A stretch of DNA of 64,000 nt from Mycobacterium sp. (GCF_049278535.1 NZ_JBAPMI010000157.1:2792-66791), one strand, 5' to 3'; numbered from the stretch's first letter, positions 9,253 through 18,392 are shown. The notes: generated by a model not told the origin, from the sequence alone. Numbers and translations are program-made.

Positions 9253-9416
9253 ACCACCTTCTCGCCCTTCGCCGCGGTCGCGGCAACAGAACCCCATGGT
9301 GTCGCGGGTGTGTTTCGGCACCCGTCATTGCGGTTACGCCCGGATCAACTTGACCTAGCAGTGCGCTGAGTACCGCGGTGAGGTGGCAAAATCCCAGTTC
9401 AGAGACGTGATGCAGA

Positions 9417-9803
9417 TTACGGCCGGTGCAACATCACACAGTCGTGCAGGCCGGGGTCGTCAGGGTCAGCATTGCGATGCAGTAGCGCACGAGTCGGTAT
9501 CACCCGAAGCCCGGGCGCCTCGGGCGCCCCGAGGGTCTCAGCTCGGCCATCGACGATCAGCGAGTAACCGCCCGGTTCGCTCGGAGGCCACAACAGCGTG
9601 ACGGCACGGTGGCTTTCGACGTTCTCGCGGGTTCGGCCGCCGATCCGCCCGACGTGCAGCACCTGCTCGCGCAATTCGGGTTCGACGGTAACGGTGTGCA
9701 CCAGGTAGTCGTCGTCAACGGTGACGAGGTAAGCGAATCGATAGTCGCCCAATGCGTCGGCCAAGCGGTCGAAGTCGATTCTCCTCGCGGACTTGCTGCC
9801 CAT
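9417..9803 (-). CDS. pyridoxamine 5'-phosphate oxidase-family (split beta-barrel flavin/deazaflavin) protein
   Basis: Size and sequence ([18 protein letters not shown]...VTLLWPP...GYSLIVDG) fit small PPOX-like proteins. An ATG lies at 9803. The track's longer ORF starts at a TTG at 9857. Confidence 0.5.
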   Translation of the reverse strand: MGSKSARRIDFDRLADALGDYRFAYLVTVDDDYLVHTVTVEPELREQVLHVGRIGGRTRENVESHRAVTLLWPPSEPGGYSLIVDGRAETLGAPEAPGLRVIPTRALLHRNADPDDPGLHDCVMLHRP

Positions 9804-9863
9804 TCGCACAGCGTAGGGGTTAGCCGTGCGGTCATTCGGGGTACTAAAGTCCGGCAACGAGAG

Positions 9864-10916
9864 ATGATCAACATCGTGGTTCGCTGGCTTGATCGCTGGC
9901 AGGTTTCATTGGCCGCCAGTGCAATCGTCGTTGCGGGTTGCTCGGCCCCTGGAACATCCGTGGAGAGCGCGCCAGAGGTCACTGTGACGTCGGTAGATGT
10001 CGCGCTGAATGCCCCGTTGTGGTCGTACCGCCGCCACACGCTCGTCGCGCTAACCGCCGACGGCCGACTGGCCGAAATCGCCGATCCGGCTCACCCGGGC
10101 CACGCCGTCACGCGGCTGTCGCAAGCGATGGCGGCCGGGCGCAACCTGCAGATCAGCCGGAAAGACGATCGGCACGTCTTCGTCCCCGAGCCGCGACGCG
10201 GCAAGGTCGCGGTGGTCGATCTCGCCTCGCTGGACCAAAGTGCCGACTTCGACGCCGGGCCGAGTCCGGCGTACCTGTCCGAAGACAGCGGATTGCGGAT
10301 GTTGCTCGCGCTGTCAGCCGACGGCTCGTCGGTGACCCCGGTAGACGAATACGGCTACCGGGAACTGCCGACGGCAACGATAAACGGCGGGCGCTCGGAC
10401 ACCATCGACGGCGCTAACCGTGGGCGCGAGATCGAGTACCACGTGTACGGATCATCCGGAATTCGTTATTACAAAGGACCTTCGTCGCCACCAGGCGAGC
10501 AGGGGGCGTTGCCCATCGACGTCGCTTCGTCAGCCGCGGATGGAACCGCGGTGACGCGAATCTTCGTGACACGACCGGACAGCGACGTGTTGTATGCCGT
10601 CGACTCGCGGCCGGGCGGGGAAGGGTTGCAGGTACTGGCCGCGACCCAACTGCCCTCACCGATCCGCTGGATCGGTACCGACGACACCCGGGTCTACGCT
10701 GCCACCGACCAGGAGGTGGCAACGCTGGAAACAGCCAGTTTCACCGGTTACCCGCTAGGCTCGATCCCAGTGTTGCGGATGACCAATTACCGTGCGGCTC
10801 TTCCAGAATCGCAACGATCGGCTCGGTTGTCGGGGATGGCGCTCGGGCCGCACCGGGTGTACCTGACCTTCGCGGGAACACCGTTGGTGGTCAGTGTCGC
10901 CAAACCGCATCTGTGA
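9864..10916 (+). CDS. lipoprotein of unknown function, possibly beta-propeller-like
   Basis: ATG at 9864 gives a signal peptide with lipobox IVVAGC. The track ORF upstream of this start overlaps the divergent gene. The beta-rich repeat character is only an impression. Confidence 0.6.
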   Translation: MINIVVRWLDRWQVSLAASAIVVAGCSAPGTSVESAPEVTVTSVDVALNAPLWSYRRHTLVALTADGRLAEIADPAHPGHAVTRLSQAMAAGRNLQISRKDDRHVFVPEPRRGKVAVVDLASLDQSADFDAGPSPAYLSEDSGLRMLLALSADGSSVTPVDEYGYRELPTATINGGRSDTIDGANRGREIEYHVYGSSGIRYYKGPSSPPGEQGALPIDVASSAADGTAVTRIFVTRPDSDVLYAVDSRPGGEGLQVLAATQLPSPIRWIGTDDTRVYAATDQEVATLETASFTGYPLGSIPVLRMTNYRAALPESQRSARLSGMALGPHRVYLTFAGTPLVVSVAKPHL

Positions 10917-10947
10917 CCGGACAACTGAAGGACGGTGGCCTGCCGAT

Positions 10948-11325
10948 ATGGAAGACAAGTCCACACCGGTCACTATCGACGACGACGTCGAATGGCTCAC
11001 CGAACAGATCGAGGCGCTCAAACAACTTGGTCTACTAGACGAAGTAAGCGACAGCCAGAAATACGACTTCAGCATCAGATGGGGTACCGCTCTAGCCGGC
11101 CGGTTGCCGCGGTTGCTGCACTACAGTTCGCGCGGACTCCTCGACGAGACCGACGAACGTCGGTTCCAGGCCCTGTGCGACGAGCTGCGGGGCATGGCCG
11201 GCCTGATTGATCGCTTCGGCCTAGCCCAGCCGGTTTTCAGCGCTGCGCCACCCGCCGCGGCTAAGCGCTGGGGGGAGTCGAGGCCAGCCACGTGGCGGCG
11301 CGGGCTTCTGTTTCGCCGCAACTGA
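10948..11325 (+). CDS. hypothetical protein (acidic, helical)
   Basis: ORF starts at ATG 10948 (MEDKSTPVTIDDD...). No family recognised. Its 3' end overlaps the convergent gene by 65 bp. Confidence 0.35.
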   Translation: MEDKSTPVTIDDDVEWLTEQIEALKQLGLLDEVSDSQKYDFSIRWGTALAGRLPRLLHYSSRGLLDETDERRFQALCDELRGMAGLIDRFGLAQPVFSAAPPAAAKRWGESRPATWRRGLLFRRN

Positions 11326-11581
11326 GAAAATCCTTCTCGCACAGCCTGATTGCAGTGCGCTGCCCACACGCCGAGCCACGGCACGTCAACGCCACCAGGT
11401 AGGCATCGTCGTCTTCATCCAGGAAGAGAAAACCGAGATACAGCGCGTGGCCGACCTCGAAATCGGTTTGGCCGCAGCTCTGGCAGTGTCCACCTTTAGC
11501 CGCAACCTGTTCCAGGACGCGGTCCCGGTCGAGGGGGACCAGGCTGATCAGCTCGGGGCGCACCATCGCTTGGTCAGCCAT
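11261..11581 (-). CDS. small Cys-rich hypothetical protein
   Basis: ATG at 11581 lies 1 nt after the stop (TAG 11583-11585) of the upstream Moco oxidoreductase gene. Contains CQSCG and CRGSACG motifs. Confidence 0.45.
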   Translation of the reverse strand: MADQAMVRPELISLVPLDRDRVLEQVAAKGGHCQSCGQTDFEVGHALYLGFLFLDEDDDAYLVALTCRGSACGQRTAIRLCEKDFLSCGETEARAATWLASTPPSA

Positions 11582-11582
11582 G

Positions 11583-13073
11583 CTAGATCTCCACATTTTT
11601 GGCGTAGTAGACGTTGTCTTCGCGCCAGCCGCCCGCACCCTTGCCGATCCCGGAGTAGTCGTTGACGAACTCGATCTGGTTGATCCATTTGGCCATCTTG
11701 AATCCGACCTGGGTCTCCACTCGCAACCGCACCGGTGCGCCGTGCTTGATCGGCAACGGTTTGCCGTTCATCTCATATGCCAGAATGGTCTGCGGCTTGT
11801 AGGCGAGTTCGAGGTCCATCACTTCGTAGAACTGGCCTCCGCCATGCGAACTGGGCTCGTCGCGGTCATTGTCCTGCATCGTCATCGAGCAGATGTATTT
11901 CGCCTCCGGGAGCGGCCGCACCAGCTCGACCAGCATGCTCAGGTGCACGCCGCTCCATTCGCCGATGCTTGTCCAACCCTGGACGCAGTTGTGCATCACC
12001 CGCTGCATCTCCGGTTGCGCGAGCGCGCGAAGCGCCGCCAAATCCAGCGTCACCGGATTCTCGACCAATCCGCCTACCCGAAGCCGCCAGTCGACGAAGT
12101 TGTGCACCGCCATCACCTTGTACTCGTCCGAGCATGGGGGCTTGCCGTTGACCCGGTGCTGTGTGGTGAGCCGCTTGGCCGAATAGTTCTGCCGTGAGTT
12201 CAACGGCCGGAGCAGCGGCCGCCGAACGATCGCCACGACGCGGTCGATGACCCGCTGAACTGAACGCGGGTTGCGCAGGCTCCAGATCGTCGCCGCGACG
12301 TGAATGCCGATGATCGTCGCGATGATCAACAACGACAACGCTGTTGACCAGTAGGTGTTGTGAACCGAGCCGAAGATCATCGAAGCCGTGAGACGGCCCC
12401 AGCCCCAGAAGAACACCATCGAGAGGTGGATGGCGATGAAACCCACGAAGGCGACAAGGCCCAGGAAATGCAGACTGCGCGCCCATTGTCGCCCGCCCAG
12501 CATCTGCACGTACCACGGGAACCGGGCTTCGACGGCTGGGGATTGGGCTGCGCCGGTGAGGATCTGGAACGGCGCCAGCACAAAGACGACACCTGCATAC
12601 GTCAGTTTCTGCATGGCGTCCAGCGGCTCGCCCGGCAGCAGCGGCGGCAGATTGAACGTCATGTAGGTGACGATGTCATTCCAGGCCTCGGGGAAGATCG
12701 ACCACGACGCGGGCCAGTAGCGGTGCCACTGCCCGGTAGCGAACAGCAAGATGTAGTACGACAGGCCGATCAGGATCCAGCCGATCACCGCGAAGAAATG
12801 CCAGTGCCGGCCGATGCCCAGTTGGGCGCGGCCGGGCAACGAGATGAACGGGCTGTAGTCCTCCTCCTCGTCGAGGGTGTCGTAGAGCTTGTTCTTAGGC
12901 ATGACCTTGCGGGTGAACCGCGCCCACTCGGTTCCGGGCTTGCTGTCGTCATTCCAGTACAGCTTCGGATGGGTCGCGAGAATCTCGATGCCGCTGCGGA
13001 TTACCAGCGTCACGAACAGCACGTTGAGCCAGTGGTCCACTCGCAGCCACACCGGATAGTCGAGTGTTGTCAC
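11583..13073 (-). CDS. membrane cytochrome b-like domain fused to sulfite-oxidase-family (YedY/MsrP-like) molybdopterin oxidoreductase domain
   Basis: About five hydrophobic helices with conserved His residues sit at the N-terminus. The C-terminal domain carries HNCVQGWTSIGEWSGV (YedY-type Mo-ligand Cys context) and GAPVRLRVE. GTG at 13073 has GGGAG upstream, 13 nt after the previous stop. Confidence 0.75.
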   Translation of the reverse strand: MTTLDYPVWLRVDHWLNVLFVTLVIRSGIEILATHPKLYWNDDSKPGTEWARFTRKVMPKNKLYDTLDEEEDYSPFISLPGRAQLGIGRHWHFFAVIGWILIGLSYYILLFATGQWHRYWPASWSIFPEAWNDIVTYMTFNLPPLLPGEPLDAMQKLTYAGVVFVLAPFQILTGAAQSPAVEARFPWYVQMLGGRQWARSLHFLGLVAFVGFIAIHLSMVFFWGWGRLTASMIFGSVHNTYWSTALSLLIIATIIGIHVAATIWSLRNPRSVQRVIDRVVAIVRRPLLRPLNSRQNYSAKRLTTQHRVNGKPPCSDEYKVMAVHNFVDWRLRVGGLVENPVTLDLAALRALAQPEMQRVMHNCVQGWTSIGEWSGVHLSMLVELVRPLPEAKYICSMTMQDNDRDEPSSHGGGQFYEVMDLELAYKPQTILAYEMNGKPLPIKHGAPVRLRVETQVGFKMAKWINQIEFVNDYSGIGKGAGGWREDNVYYAKNVEI

Positions 13074-13086
13074 GGCAGGGCTCCCG

Positions 13087-13572
13087 TCAGTCGGACCACT
13101 GTTGACGTTGCGGATAGGCCACGTTGATTCCCAACAACACTGACATGTGGACGGTGACGAAGCCCAATGCCAACACACCCGCCAGCGTGCCCGGCGCGAA
13201 ATCCCAGCGGCCGGTCACCGCAAGCAGCCCGGGTAGTGGCGTCACCCTGGTGACCAGGTACAGACCGATGAAGGCGACCGCAATCCCGTCGCCGAGCAGC
13301 CATGCCGAGGACGGTATCCGGGGAATTCGGTCAAGCCAGAGGCCCGCGGCGGCCAACAGGCAGCAGGCGAGCACCGTGGCGGTGTAGCCGACGAAGTACG
13401 CCGGCAATGCCGGCCGGCTGGTCAACACGTAGACATGCACGGCGGCAATTCCCAGCAACAGACCCGCTCCGAGCGCCGTAACCGTTCGGGGCACGTTGAA
13501 CGCGACGTAGCCCTTGAGGCGAAGCCATTCATACAACTGGCCGTGCTTCAACCGCTGGGTCATCACACCCAC
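13087..13572 (-). CDS. four-helix integral membrane protein, unknown function
   Basis: Hydrophobic ORF. GTG at 13572 is preceded by TAGGTT-N6 (leaderless layout). It is tightly linked to the downstream Moco oxidoreductase gene. Confidence 0.55.
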   Translation of the reverse strand: MGVMTQRLKHGQLYEWLRLKGYVAFNVPRTVTALGAGLLLGIAAVHVYVLTSRPALPAYFVGYTATVLACCLLAAAGLWLDRIPRIPSSAWLLGDGIAVAFIGLYLVTRVTPLPGLLAVTGRWDFAPGTLAGVLALGFVTVHMSVLLGINVAYPQRQQWSD

Positions 13573-13578
13573 GGCTGC

Positions 13579-13584
13579 AACCTA
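13579..13584 (-). promoter_or_regulatory. -10 hexamer TAGGTT, 6 nt before GTG 13572 (leaderless layout)
   Basis: The minus strand reads TAGGTT GCAGCC GTG. Confidence 0.35.
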
Positions 13585-13674
13585 CCCCGCGGCGCTTCTA
13601 CACAAACCGGTCAGGTCAGGGGGGTGCCTGCCAAAACGCGTACAAATCGCTGAAAAGGCCCAAGCGTCAATGGC

Positions 13675-14097
13675 TCAGTGCGCGGACGGCTCCTCCCGCG
13701 CCCGCGGGGTCTCCACGATCACAGTGGTGGCTTTGACAATGGCGACGGCCAGACTGCCGGGCTCGAGCTTGAGCTCGCGGGCCGCCTCGGTACTCATCAA
13801 CGACACGACTGTGTGTGGCCCACACTGCATTTCGACGCGGGTCATCACCTTGTCGCTGAGCACATCGGTGACCAATCCGACGAAGCGATTGCGCGCCGAG
13901 CTGTTGATTCCAAGTGGGTTCGGCGGCGGCGACGGGGCATTGGCGCGCCAGAATTCGGCCAGTACATCACCGGCTATCACCTTGCGACCGGCCTGATCCT
14001 GGCTGGCCGGCAAGGTACCGTTGTCGATCCATCGCCGGACGGTATCGTCGCTGACTCCGAGCAACTCGGCCGCCTGACGGATCCGCATCGATGACAC
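13675..14097 (-). CDS. HTH (MerR/excisionase-type) plus TOBE/Mop molybdate-binding domain transcriptional regulator
   Basis: N-terminal MRIRQAAELLGVSDDTVRRWI is an HTH. The C-terminal SARNRFVGLVTDV...VAIVKATTVIVE matches the Mop/TOBE signature (SARNQ...IKA..V). Confidence 0.75.
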   Translation of the reverse strand: MSSMRIRQAAELLGVSDDTVRRWIDNGTLPASQDQAGRKVIAGDVLAEFWRANAPSPPPNPLGINSSARNRFVGLVTDVLSDKVMTRVEMQCGPHTVVSLMSTEAARELKLEPGSLAVAIVKATTVIVETPRAREEPSAH

Positions 14098-14103
14098 GAG
14101 AAA

Positions 14104-14109
14104 ATGCTA
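14104..14109 (-). promoter_or_regulatory. -10 hexamer TAGCAT, 6 nt before GTG 14097 (leaderless layout)
   Basis: The minus strand reads TAGCAT TTTCTC GTG. Confidence 0.35.
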
Positions 14110-14202
14110 TCTGTGGCGGGTTCGATGCGCAGCAGCGTGCGAGAACGTGCCGAGCGGTGCGGCGCTAATCGGGCAATAATGGCTAGTGATGCTCTCGCAA
14201 TA

Positions 14203-14216
14203 CCCGCATGAGCGGG
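14203..14216. promoter_or_regulatory. 14-bp palindrome CCCGC-ATGA-GCGGG upstream of moaA
   Basis: Perfect 5-bp arms, 23 nt upstream of the moaA GTG, in the divergent regulator/moaA intergenic region. Confidence 0.25.
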
Positions 14217-14238
14217 CGACGATGCTCCGGGCGGCACC

Positions 14239-15309
14239 GTGACGATCACGACGCTCGGTATCCCGTTGGCGCCCCGTGAGCTCGACGGGTCCGCTCCATC
14301 GGCTGGTCCGCTGATTGACAGCTACGGGCGGTCGGCAACCGACCTGCGGGTGTCGCTGACCGATCGCTGTAATCTGCGGTGTACCTACTGCATGCCCGCC
14401 GCCGGTTTGCCTTGGCTGGGCGCGGGTCAACTGCTCCAGCCCGATGAGTTTGTTCGGTTGGTGCGAATCGCGGTGACCCGACTGGGTGTGACCAAAGTCC
14501 GGTTCACTGGCGGAGAACCGTTGCTGGACAAGCATCTTGAGCGCATTGTCACCGCGGCGGCGGCCCTTCTGCCCCGCCCGGAGCTCGCGCTGACAACCAA
14601 CGGCGTTTTGTTGGCGAAACGTGCCCCGGCGCTGGCGCGCGCCGGTTTGGACCGGGTGAACGTGTCGCTGGACAGCGTGAACTTTGCGAATTTCGCGGCT
14701 ATCACCCGCCGCGATCGGCTGGCCGACGTCTTGGCCGGCTTGGCTGCCGCGTCGGCAGCGGGATTGCGGCCGGTGAAGGTGAATGCGGTGCTGGACCCGG
14801 TGAACGGCCTGGACGACGCGGTGCCGTTGGTGCGGTTCTGCCTCGAGCACGACTACCAGCTACGCGTTATCGAGCAGATGCCGCTCGACGCCGGACACGA
14901 ATGGCAACGTCAGACCATGGTGACCGCGGATCAGGTGCTGGCCGAGCTGCGGCGGCACGGATTTCGGTTGAACCCCGATGAGACTCCGCGGGGTGCGATG
15001 CCGGCCGCGTTATGGCAGATCACCGATCCTGTGACAGGTCGCACCGGCAAAGTCGGGATCGTCGCCACGGTGTCGCAACCGTTTTGCGCGACGTGCAATC
15101 GCACCCGGCTGACCGCCGATGGACAGCTGCGAAGTTGCCTGTTCGCCACCCAGGAGACCGACCTGCGGGCCTTGCTGCGCGACGGCGTTGACGACGCCGG
15201 AATCGAGGCTGCATGGCGAGCCGCGATGTGGGAGAAACCCGCAGGCCACGGTATCAACGCGCCGGACTTCGTGCAGCCGAAGCGGTCGATGAGCGCGATC
15301 GGTGGCTGA
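14239..15309 (+). CDS. moaA: GTP 3',8-cyclase MoaA (radical SAM)
   Basis: Radical SAM motif CNLRCTYCMP and C-terminal cluster motif CATCNRTRLTADG. Confidence 0.9.
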   Translation: MTITTLGIPLAPRELDGSAPSAGPLIDSYGRSATDLRVSLTDRCNLRCTYCMPAAGLPWLGAGQLLQPDEFVRLVRIAVTRLGVTKVRFTGGEPLLDKHLERIVTAAAALLPRPELALTTNGVLLAKRAPALARAGLDRVNVSLDSVNFANFAAITRRDRLADVLAGLAAASAAGLRPVKVNAVLDPVNGLDDAVPLVRFCLEHDYQLRVIEQMPLDAGHEWQRQTMVTADQVLAELRRHGFRLNPDETPRGAMPAALWQITDPVTGRTGKVGIVATVSQPFCATCNRTRLTADGQLRSCLFATQETDLRALLRDGVDDAGIEAAWRAAMWEKPAGHGINAPDFVQPKRSMSAIGG

Positions 15310-15583
15310 GGTGACTGCCGAAACGGGCCGGCTGATCGACGTCGATGTGCGGTATTTCGCGGCCGCCGGCGCCGCCGCGGGCTTCGATTTCGAGCAGCTG
15401 ACCGTGCGTGACGGCATCACGGTCGGGGAGTTTGTCGGCGAACTGAGCCGACGCGGCCCGCAGTTGGCGCGCGTCCTGCTGCGGTGCTCGTTTCTCTGCG
15501 ACGGGGTGGCAGTGCACGACCAGGCTCAGCCGCTGCGGTCGGGCAACACCATCGACGTGTTGCCACCGTTCGCCGGGGGATAG
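15302..15583 (+). CDS. moaD: molybdopterin synthase sulfur carrier subunit MoaD
   Basis: About 90 aa, ends in PPFAGG (C-terminal Gly-Gly). Overlaps the moaA stop by 8 nt. An alternative GTG lies at 15310. Confidence 0.8.
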   Translation: MAEVTAETGRLIDVDVRYFAAAGAAAGFDFEQLTVRDGITVGEFVGELSRRGPQLARVLLRCSFLCDGVAVHDQAQPLRSGNTIDVLPPFAGG

Positions 15584-15584
15584 C

Positions 15585-15603
15585 CCGGTAATTCGCGAAC
15601 CGG
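15585..15603. terminator. short hairpin between convergent moaD and moaE
   Basis: CCGGT-aattcgcga-ACCGG within the 23-bp gap. Weak. Confidence 0.2.
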
Positions 15604-15606
15604 TCC

Positions 15607-16062
15607 CTACGCCGAGCCCACCCATTCGTCGCTTCCGTCGGCGAAGAATTGGTGCTTCCACACCGGCAACCGCGCCTTGATGGCATCGACCAGTTGCGCG
15701 CAGGTCTCGAATGCGGCCTGACGATGATCAGCGGCGACCGCCACCACCAGGGCCGCCTCGCCGATGTGCAGCACACCGATTCGGTGACTGGCCGCAACCG
15801 CCCGCACTCCTGCCGCTTTCGCGGCAACTTCGGCCGTCACCTCAGCGATGACGTCGGCGGCCGACGGGTGTGCCGAATACTCCAGTTTGAGCACCTGCCG
15901 CCCGCCGTCGTGGTCGCGAATCGCGCCGACGAATCCCACGACGGCTCCCGCGGCGTGATGGCCAACCAGTTCCTCGTGGTCGGCCAGCAGGATCGGTTGA
16001 TCGGTCAGCGCGGCGCGCACCACCCGGGTCATCGCCGAGCCACGACTTTCCATGAGAACCAA
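15607..16062 (-). CDS. moaE: molybdopterin synthase catalytic subunit MoaE
   Basis: [13 protein letters not shown]...LEYSAHP...VWKHQFF..G..WVG pattern is typical of MoaE. The start could be ATG 16032. Confidence 0.85.
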   Translation of the reverse strand: MVLMESRGSAMTRVVRAALTDQPILLADHEELVGHHAAGAVVGFVGAIRDHDGGRQVLKLEYSAHPSAADVIAEVTAEVAAKAAGVRAVAASHRIGVLHIGEAALVVAVAADHRQAAFETCAQLVDAIKARLPVWKHQFFADGSDEWVGSA

Positions 16063-16152
16063 CTATATTGGCAACTTCAAGGCTTTCAGAGCGCAGGCAT
16101 GGCTGGGTGGAGTTGTCGATGATTGATAGCCAACGGTTTTCGGTCTGACGCC

Positions 16153-17358
16153 ATGCGGTCGGTCCAGGAGCACCAGCGCGTCGTCGCAGCGTTGATCGTC
16201 GCCCGGCCCGCGACGGCGGCCGGGCTGCGCGACGCCGAGGGCCTGATGCTGGCCGGTGATGTGATCACGGCGATATCGCTGCCGGTTTTCGACAACTCCG
16301 CGATGGACGGCTACGCAGTGCGCGCCGACGAGGTGGCTTCGGCAACGGCTGAATATCCAGTGAAATTGCCTGTCGCCGAAGATATTCCGGCTGGCCGCAC
16401 CGACATACCAGTGCTCGCGGCCGGCACCGCTCATCGCATTATGACCGGTGCCCCGGTCCCTGTCGGAGCGACGGCGGTGGTGCCGGTCGAGGCTACCGAT
16501 GGCAGGACCGATGTCGTGACGATCAACGCACCCAGCGTGAAGGGTAGTTACATCCGCCGGGCGGGCGAGGACGTCGCGGCGGGCGCCACGGTGCTGCGGG
16601 TCGGGCAGCTGGTGACCCCGGCGGTGGTGGGATTAGCCGCCGCGCTGGGCCTGCGCGCGCTGACGGTGATCCCGCGTCAGCGCATCTTGGTGGTATCCAC
16701 CGGATCCGAACTCGTGCAGCCGGGGGCGGCGCTACAGGCAGGCCAGATCTACGAGTCGAACTCGCTCATGCTGGCCGCCGCCATCCGCGAGGCCGGCGCC
16801 GACGTCGTCGCGTCAGTGACCGCTGATGACGACGTCGCTCAGTTCAGCGCGGTGCTCGACCGGTACGCGGGTGAGGCGGATCTGATCATCACCAGCGGCG
16901 GCGTCAGCGCGGGCGCCTACGAAGTGGTCAAGGATGCCTTCGGCCGAGACGGAGATCAGGGCGTGGAGTTCGTCAAAGTGGCAATGCAGCCCGGCATGCC
17001 GCAAGGCACCGGCCGAGCCGCCGGTACCCCGATCGTCACCGTGCCCGGAAATCCGGTGAGCGCACTGGTGTCCTTCGAAGTCTTCATCCGTCCGGCGCTG
17101 CGCTCTGCCATGGGATTGCCGGCTCCGCATCGCCCGCGCCGATCTGCGGTGCTGACCGAGACGCTGACCGCGCCGGCCGGAAAACGCCAGTTCCGGCGTG
17201 GGGTATTCGACGCGGCCACCGGCAGGGTGGCAAGCCATGGTCCGGCCGGCTCCCACCATGTGCGGTGGCTGGCGTCGGCGAACTGCCTGATCGATATTCC
17301 GGCCGACGCGACAGAGATCCCCGCGGGCGCCCAGGTGCAGGTCTGGGACATCGACTAG
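16153..17358 (+). CDS. moeA: molybdopterin molybdenumtransferase MoeA
   Basis: MRSVQEHQRVV N-terminus resembles mycobacterial MoeA. Also has NSAMDGYAV, ITSGGVS and PGNPVSA motifs. Confidence 0.85.
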   Translation: MRSVQEHQRVVAALIVARPATAAGLRDAEGLMLAGDVITAISLPVFDNSAMDGYAVRADEVASATAEYPVKLPVAEDIPAGRTDIPVLAAGTAHRIMTGAPVPVGATAVVPVEATDGRTDVVTINAPSVKGSYIRRAGEDVAAGATVLRVGQLVTPAVVGLAAALGLRALTVIPRQRILVVSTGSELVQPGAALQAGQIYESNSLMLAAAIREAGADVVASVTADDDVAQFSAVLDRYAGEADLIITSGGVSAGAYEVVKDAFGRDGDQGVEFVKVAMQPGMPQGTGRAAGTPIVTVPGNPVSALVSFEVFIRPALRSAMGLPAPHRPRRSAVLTETLTAPAGKRQFRRGVFDAATGRVASHGPAGSHHVRWLASANCLIDIPADATEIPAGAQVQVWDID

Positions 17359-17418
17359 CGCGACAAACTGCCAGAATGGGAGCGTGCGTGTCCAAGTGGT
17401 TGACCGGTAGGCGGTGCG

Positions 17419-17913
17419 ATGTCTGACGCCGCGCCCACCCCACCGACAGGTCCGCTGTCGCATATCGACGCCGCGGGGGCGGCTCACATGGTGGACGTCA
17501 CCGGGAAGGATGCCACCAGACGTACCGCGATTGCCGCGGGCTCGCTGCGTACCTCAGCACAGGTGATGGAGCTGATCTCGGCGGGTGGTTTGCCGAAAGG
17601 TGACGCGCTGGCCACCGCACGGGTTGCGGGCATTCTGGCTGCCAAGCGCACCAGCGAGCTGATTCCGCTGTGTCATCAATTGGCGCTGACCGGGGTCGAC
17701 GTCGATTTCACCATCGGCGCGAACGGCATCGAGATCACCGCGACGGTGCACAGCACCGATCGGACCGGTGTGGAGATGGAGGCGCTGACGGCGGTGAGCG
17801 TGGCCGCGTTGACGCTGTACGACATGGTTAAGGCGGTGGACCCGGCGGCGCAGATCGATGACGTCCGGGTGGTGCGCAAAGACGGCGGCCGCCACGGGAC
17901 GTGGACGCGCTGA
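17419..17913 (+). CDS. moaC: cyclic pyranopterin monophosphate synthase MoaC
   Basis: MVDVTGK, LIPLCHQL and TGVEMEALTAVSVAALT motifs. Confidence 0.9.
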   Translation: MSDAAPTPPTGPLSHIDAAGAAHMVDVTGKDATRRTAIAAGSLRTSAQVMELISAGGLPKGDALATARVAGILAAKRTSELIPLCHQLALTGVDVDFTIGANGIEITATVHSTDRTGVEMEALTAVSVAALTLYDMVKAVDPAAQIDDVRVVRKDGGRHGTWTR

Positions 17914-18392
17914 TGGCAGGCCGATCTGCGACCGTGGTGATCGCCTCGACTCGCGCGGCGGCCGGGGTCTACGATGATCTATGCGGGCCGCTTATCACTG
18001 AATGGCTTGTGCAGCAAGGGTTTTCGTCGGTGCAATCGGTGCTGGTCGCGGATGGCGATTTGGTCGGCAAGGCGCTGCGGGATGCGGTTGCCGACGGTGT
18101 CGAGGTGGTGATCACCTCCGGGGGCACCGGCATCTCGCCGACCGATGACACACCCGCCCAGACCAGGGCCGTGCTCGACTTCGAGATTCCCGGGCTGGCC
18201 GATGAGATCCGGCGTTCCGGCTTACCGAAAGTGCCGACGTCAGTGCTGTCGCGGGGCATCTGCGGGGTGGCCGGTCGGACCCTGGTGGTGAATCTGCCCG
18301 GTTCACCCGGCGGAGTGCGCGACGGGCTCGGGGTGCTAGTCGGCGTGCTTGATCACGCATTGGATCAAATCGCCGGCAACGATCATTCGTAG
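17913..18392 (+). CDS. mog: MoaB/MogA-family molybdopterin adenylyltransferase
   Basis: ITSGGTGISPTD motif. ATG at 17913 overlaps the moaC TGA (TGATG). Confidence 0.8.
   Translation: MAGRSATVVIASTRAAAGVYDDLCGPLITEWLVQQGFSSVQSVLVADGDLVGKALRDAVADGVEVVITSGGTGISPTDDTPAQTRAVLDFEIPGLADEIRRSGLPKVPTSVLSRGICGVAGRTLVVNLPGSPGGVRDGLGVLVGVLDHALDQIAGNDHS

Noticed and set aside
9253-9321. Upstream extension of the nasN ORF (MPKHTRDTMGFCCRDRGEGREGG)
   Set aside because: The 4Fe-4S motif starts right after the ATG at 9252, which has GAAGGTGG upstream. The extension has no counterpart in nitrate reductases that I know.
9324-9337. GTAAC-CGCAAT-GAC... GlnR-like half site upstream of nasN
   Set aside because: Only the first half-site fits. 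The second (GACGG) does not, and a nearby GAAAC is out of register by one nucleotide. It is too weak to call without a scoring matrix.
14118-14128. GGGTTCGATGC, T-loop-like sequence (also GGTTCGAG at 34788-34795)
   Set aside because: No complementary T-stem, acceptor stem or anticodon arm could be drawn around either site, so neither is a tRNA.
14098-14238. Possible Moco riboswitch upstream of moaA
   Set aside because: I looked for the conserved Moco RNA motif elements (CCUCCGAG-like and GGAAAGG-like blocks in a long hairpin) and did not see them. The region is short and more consistent with a divergent promoter. A covariance-model scan would settle it.
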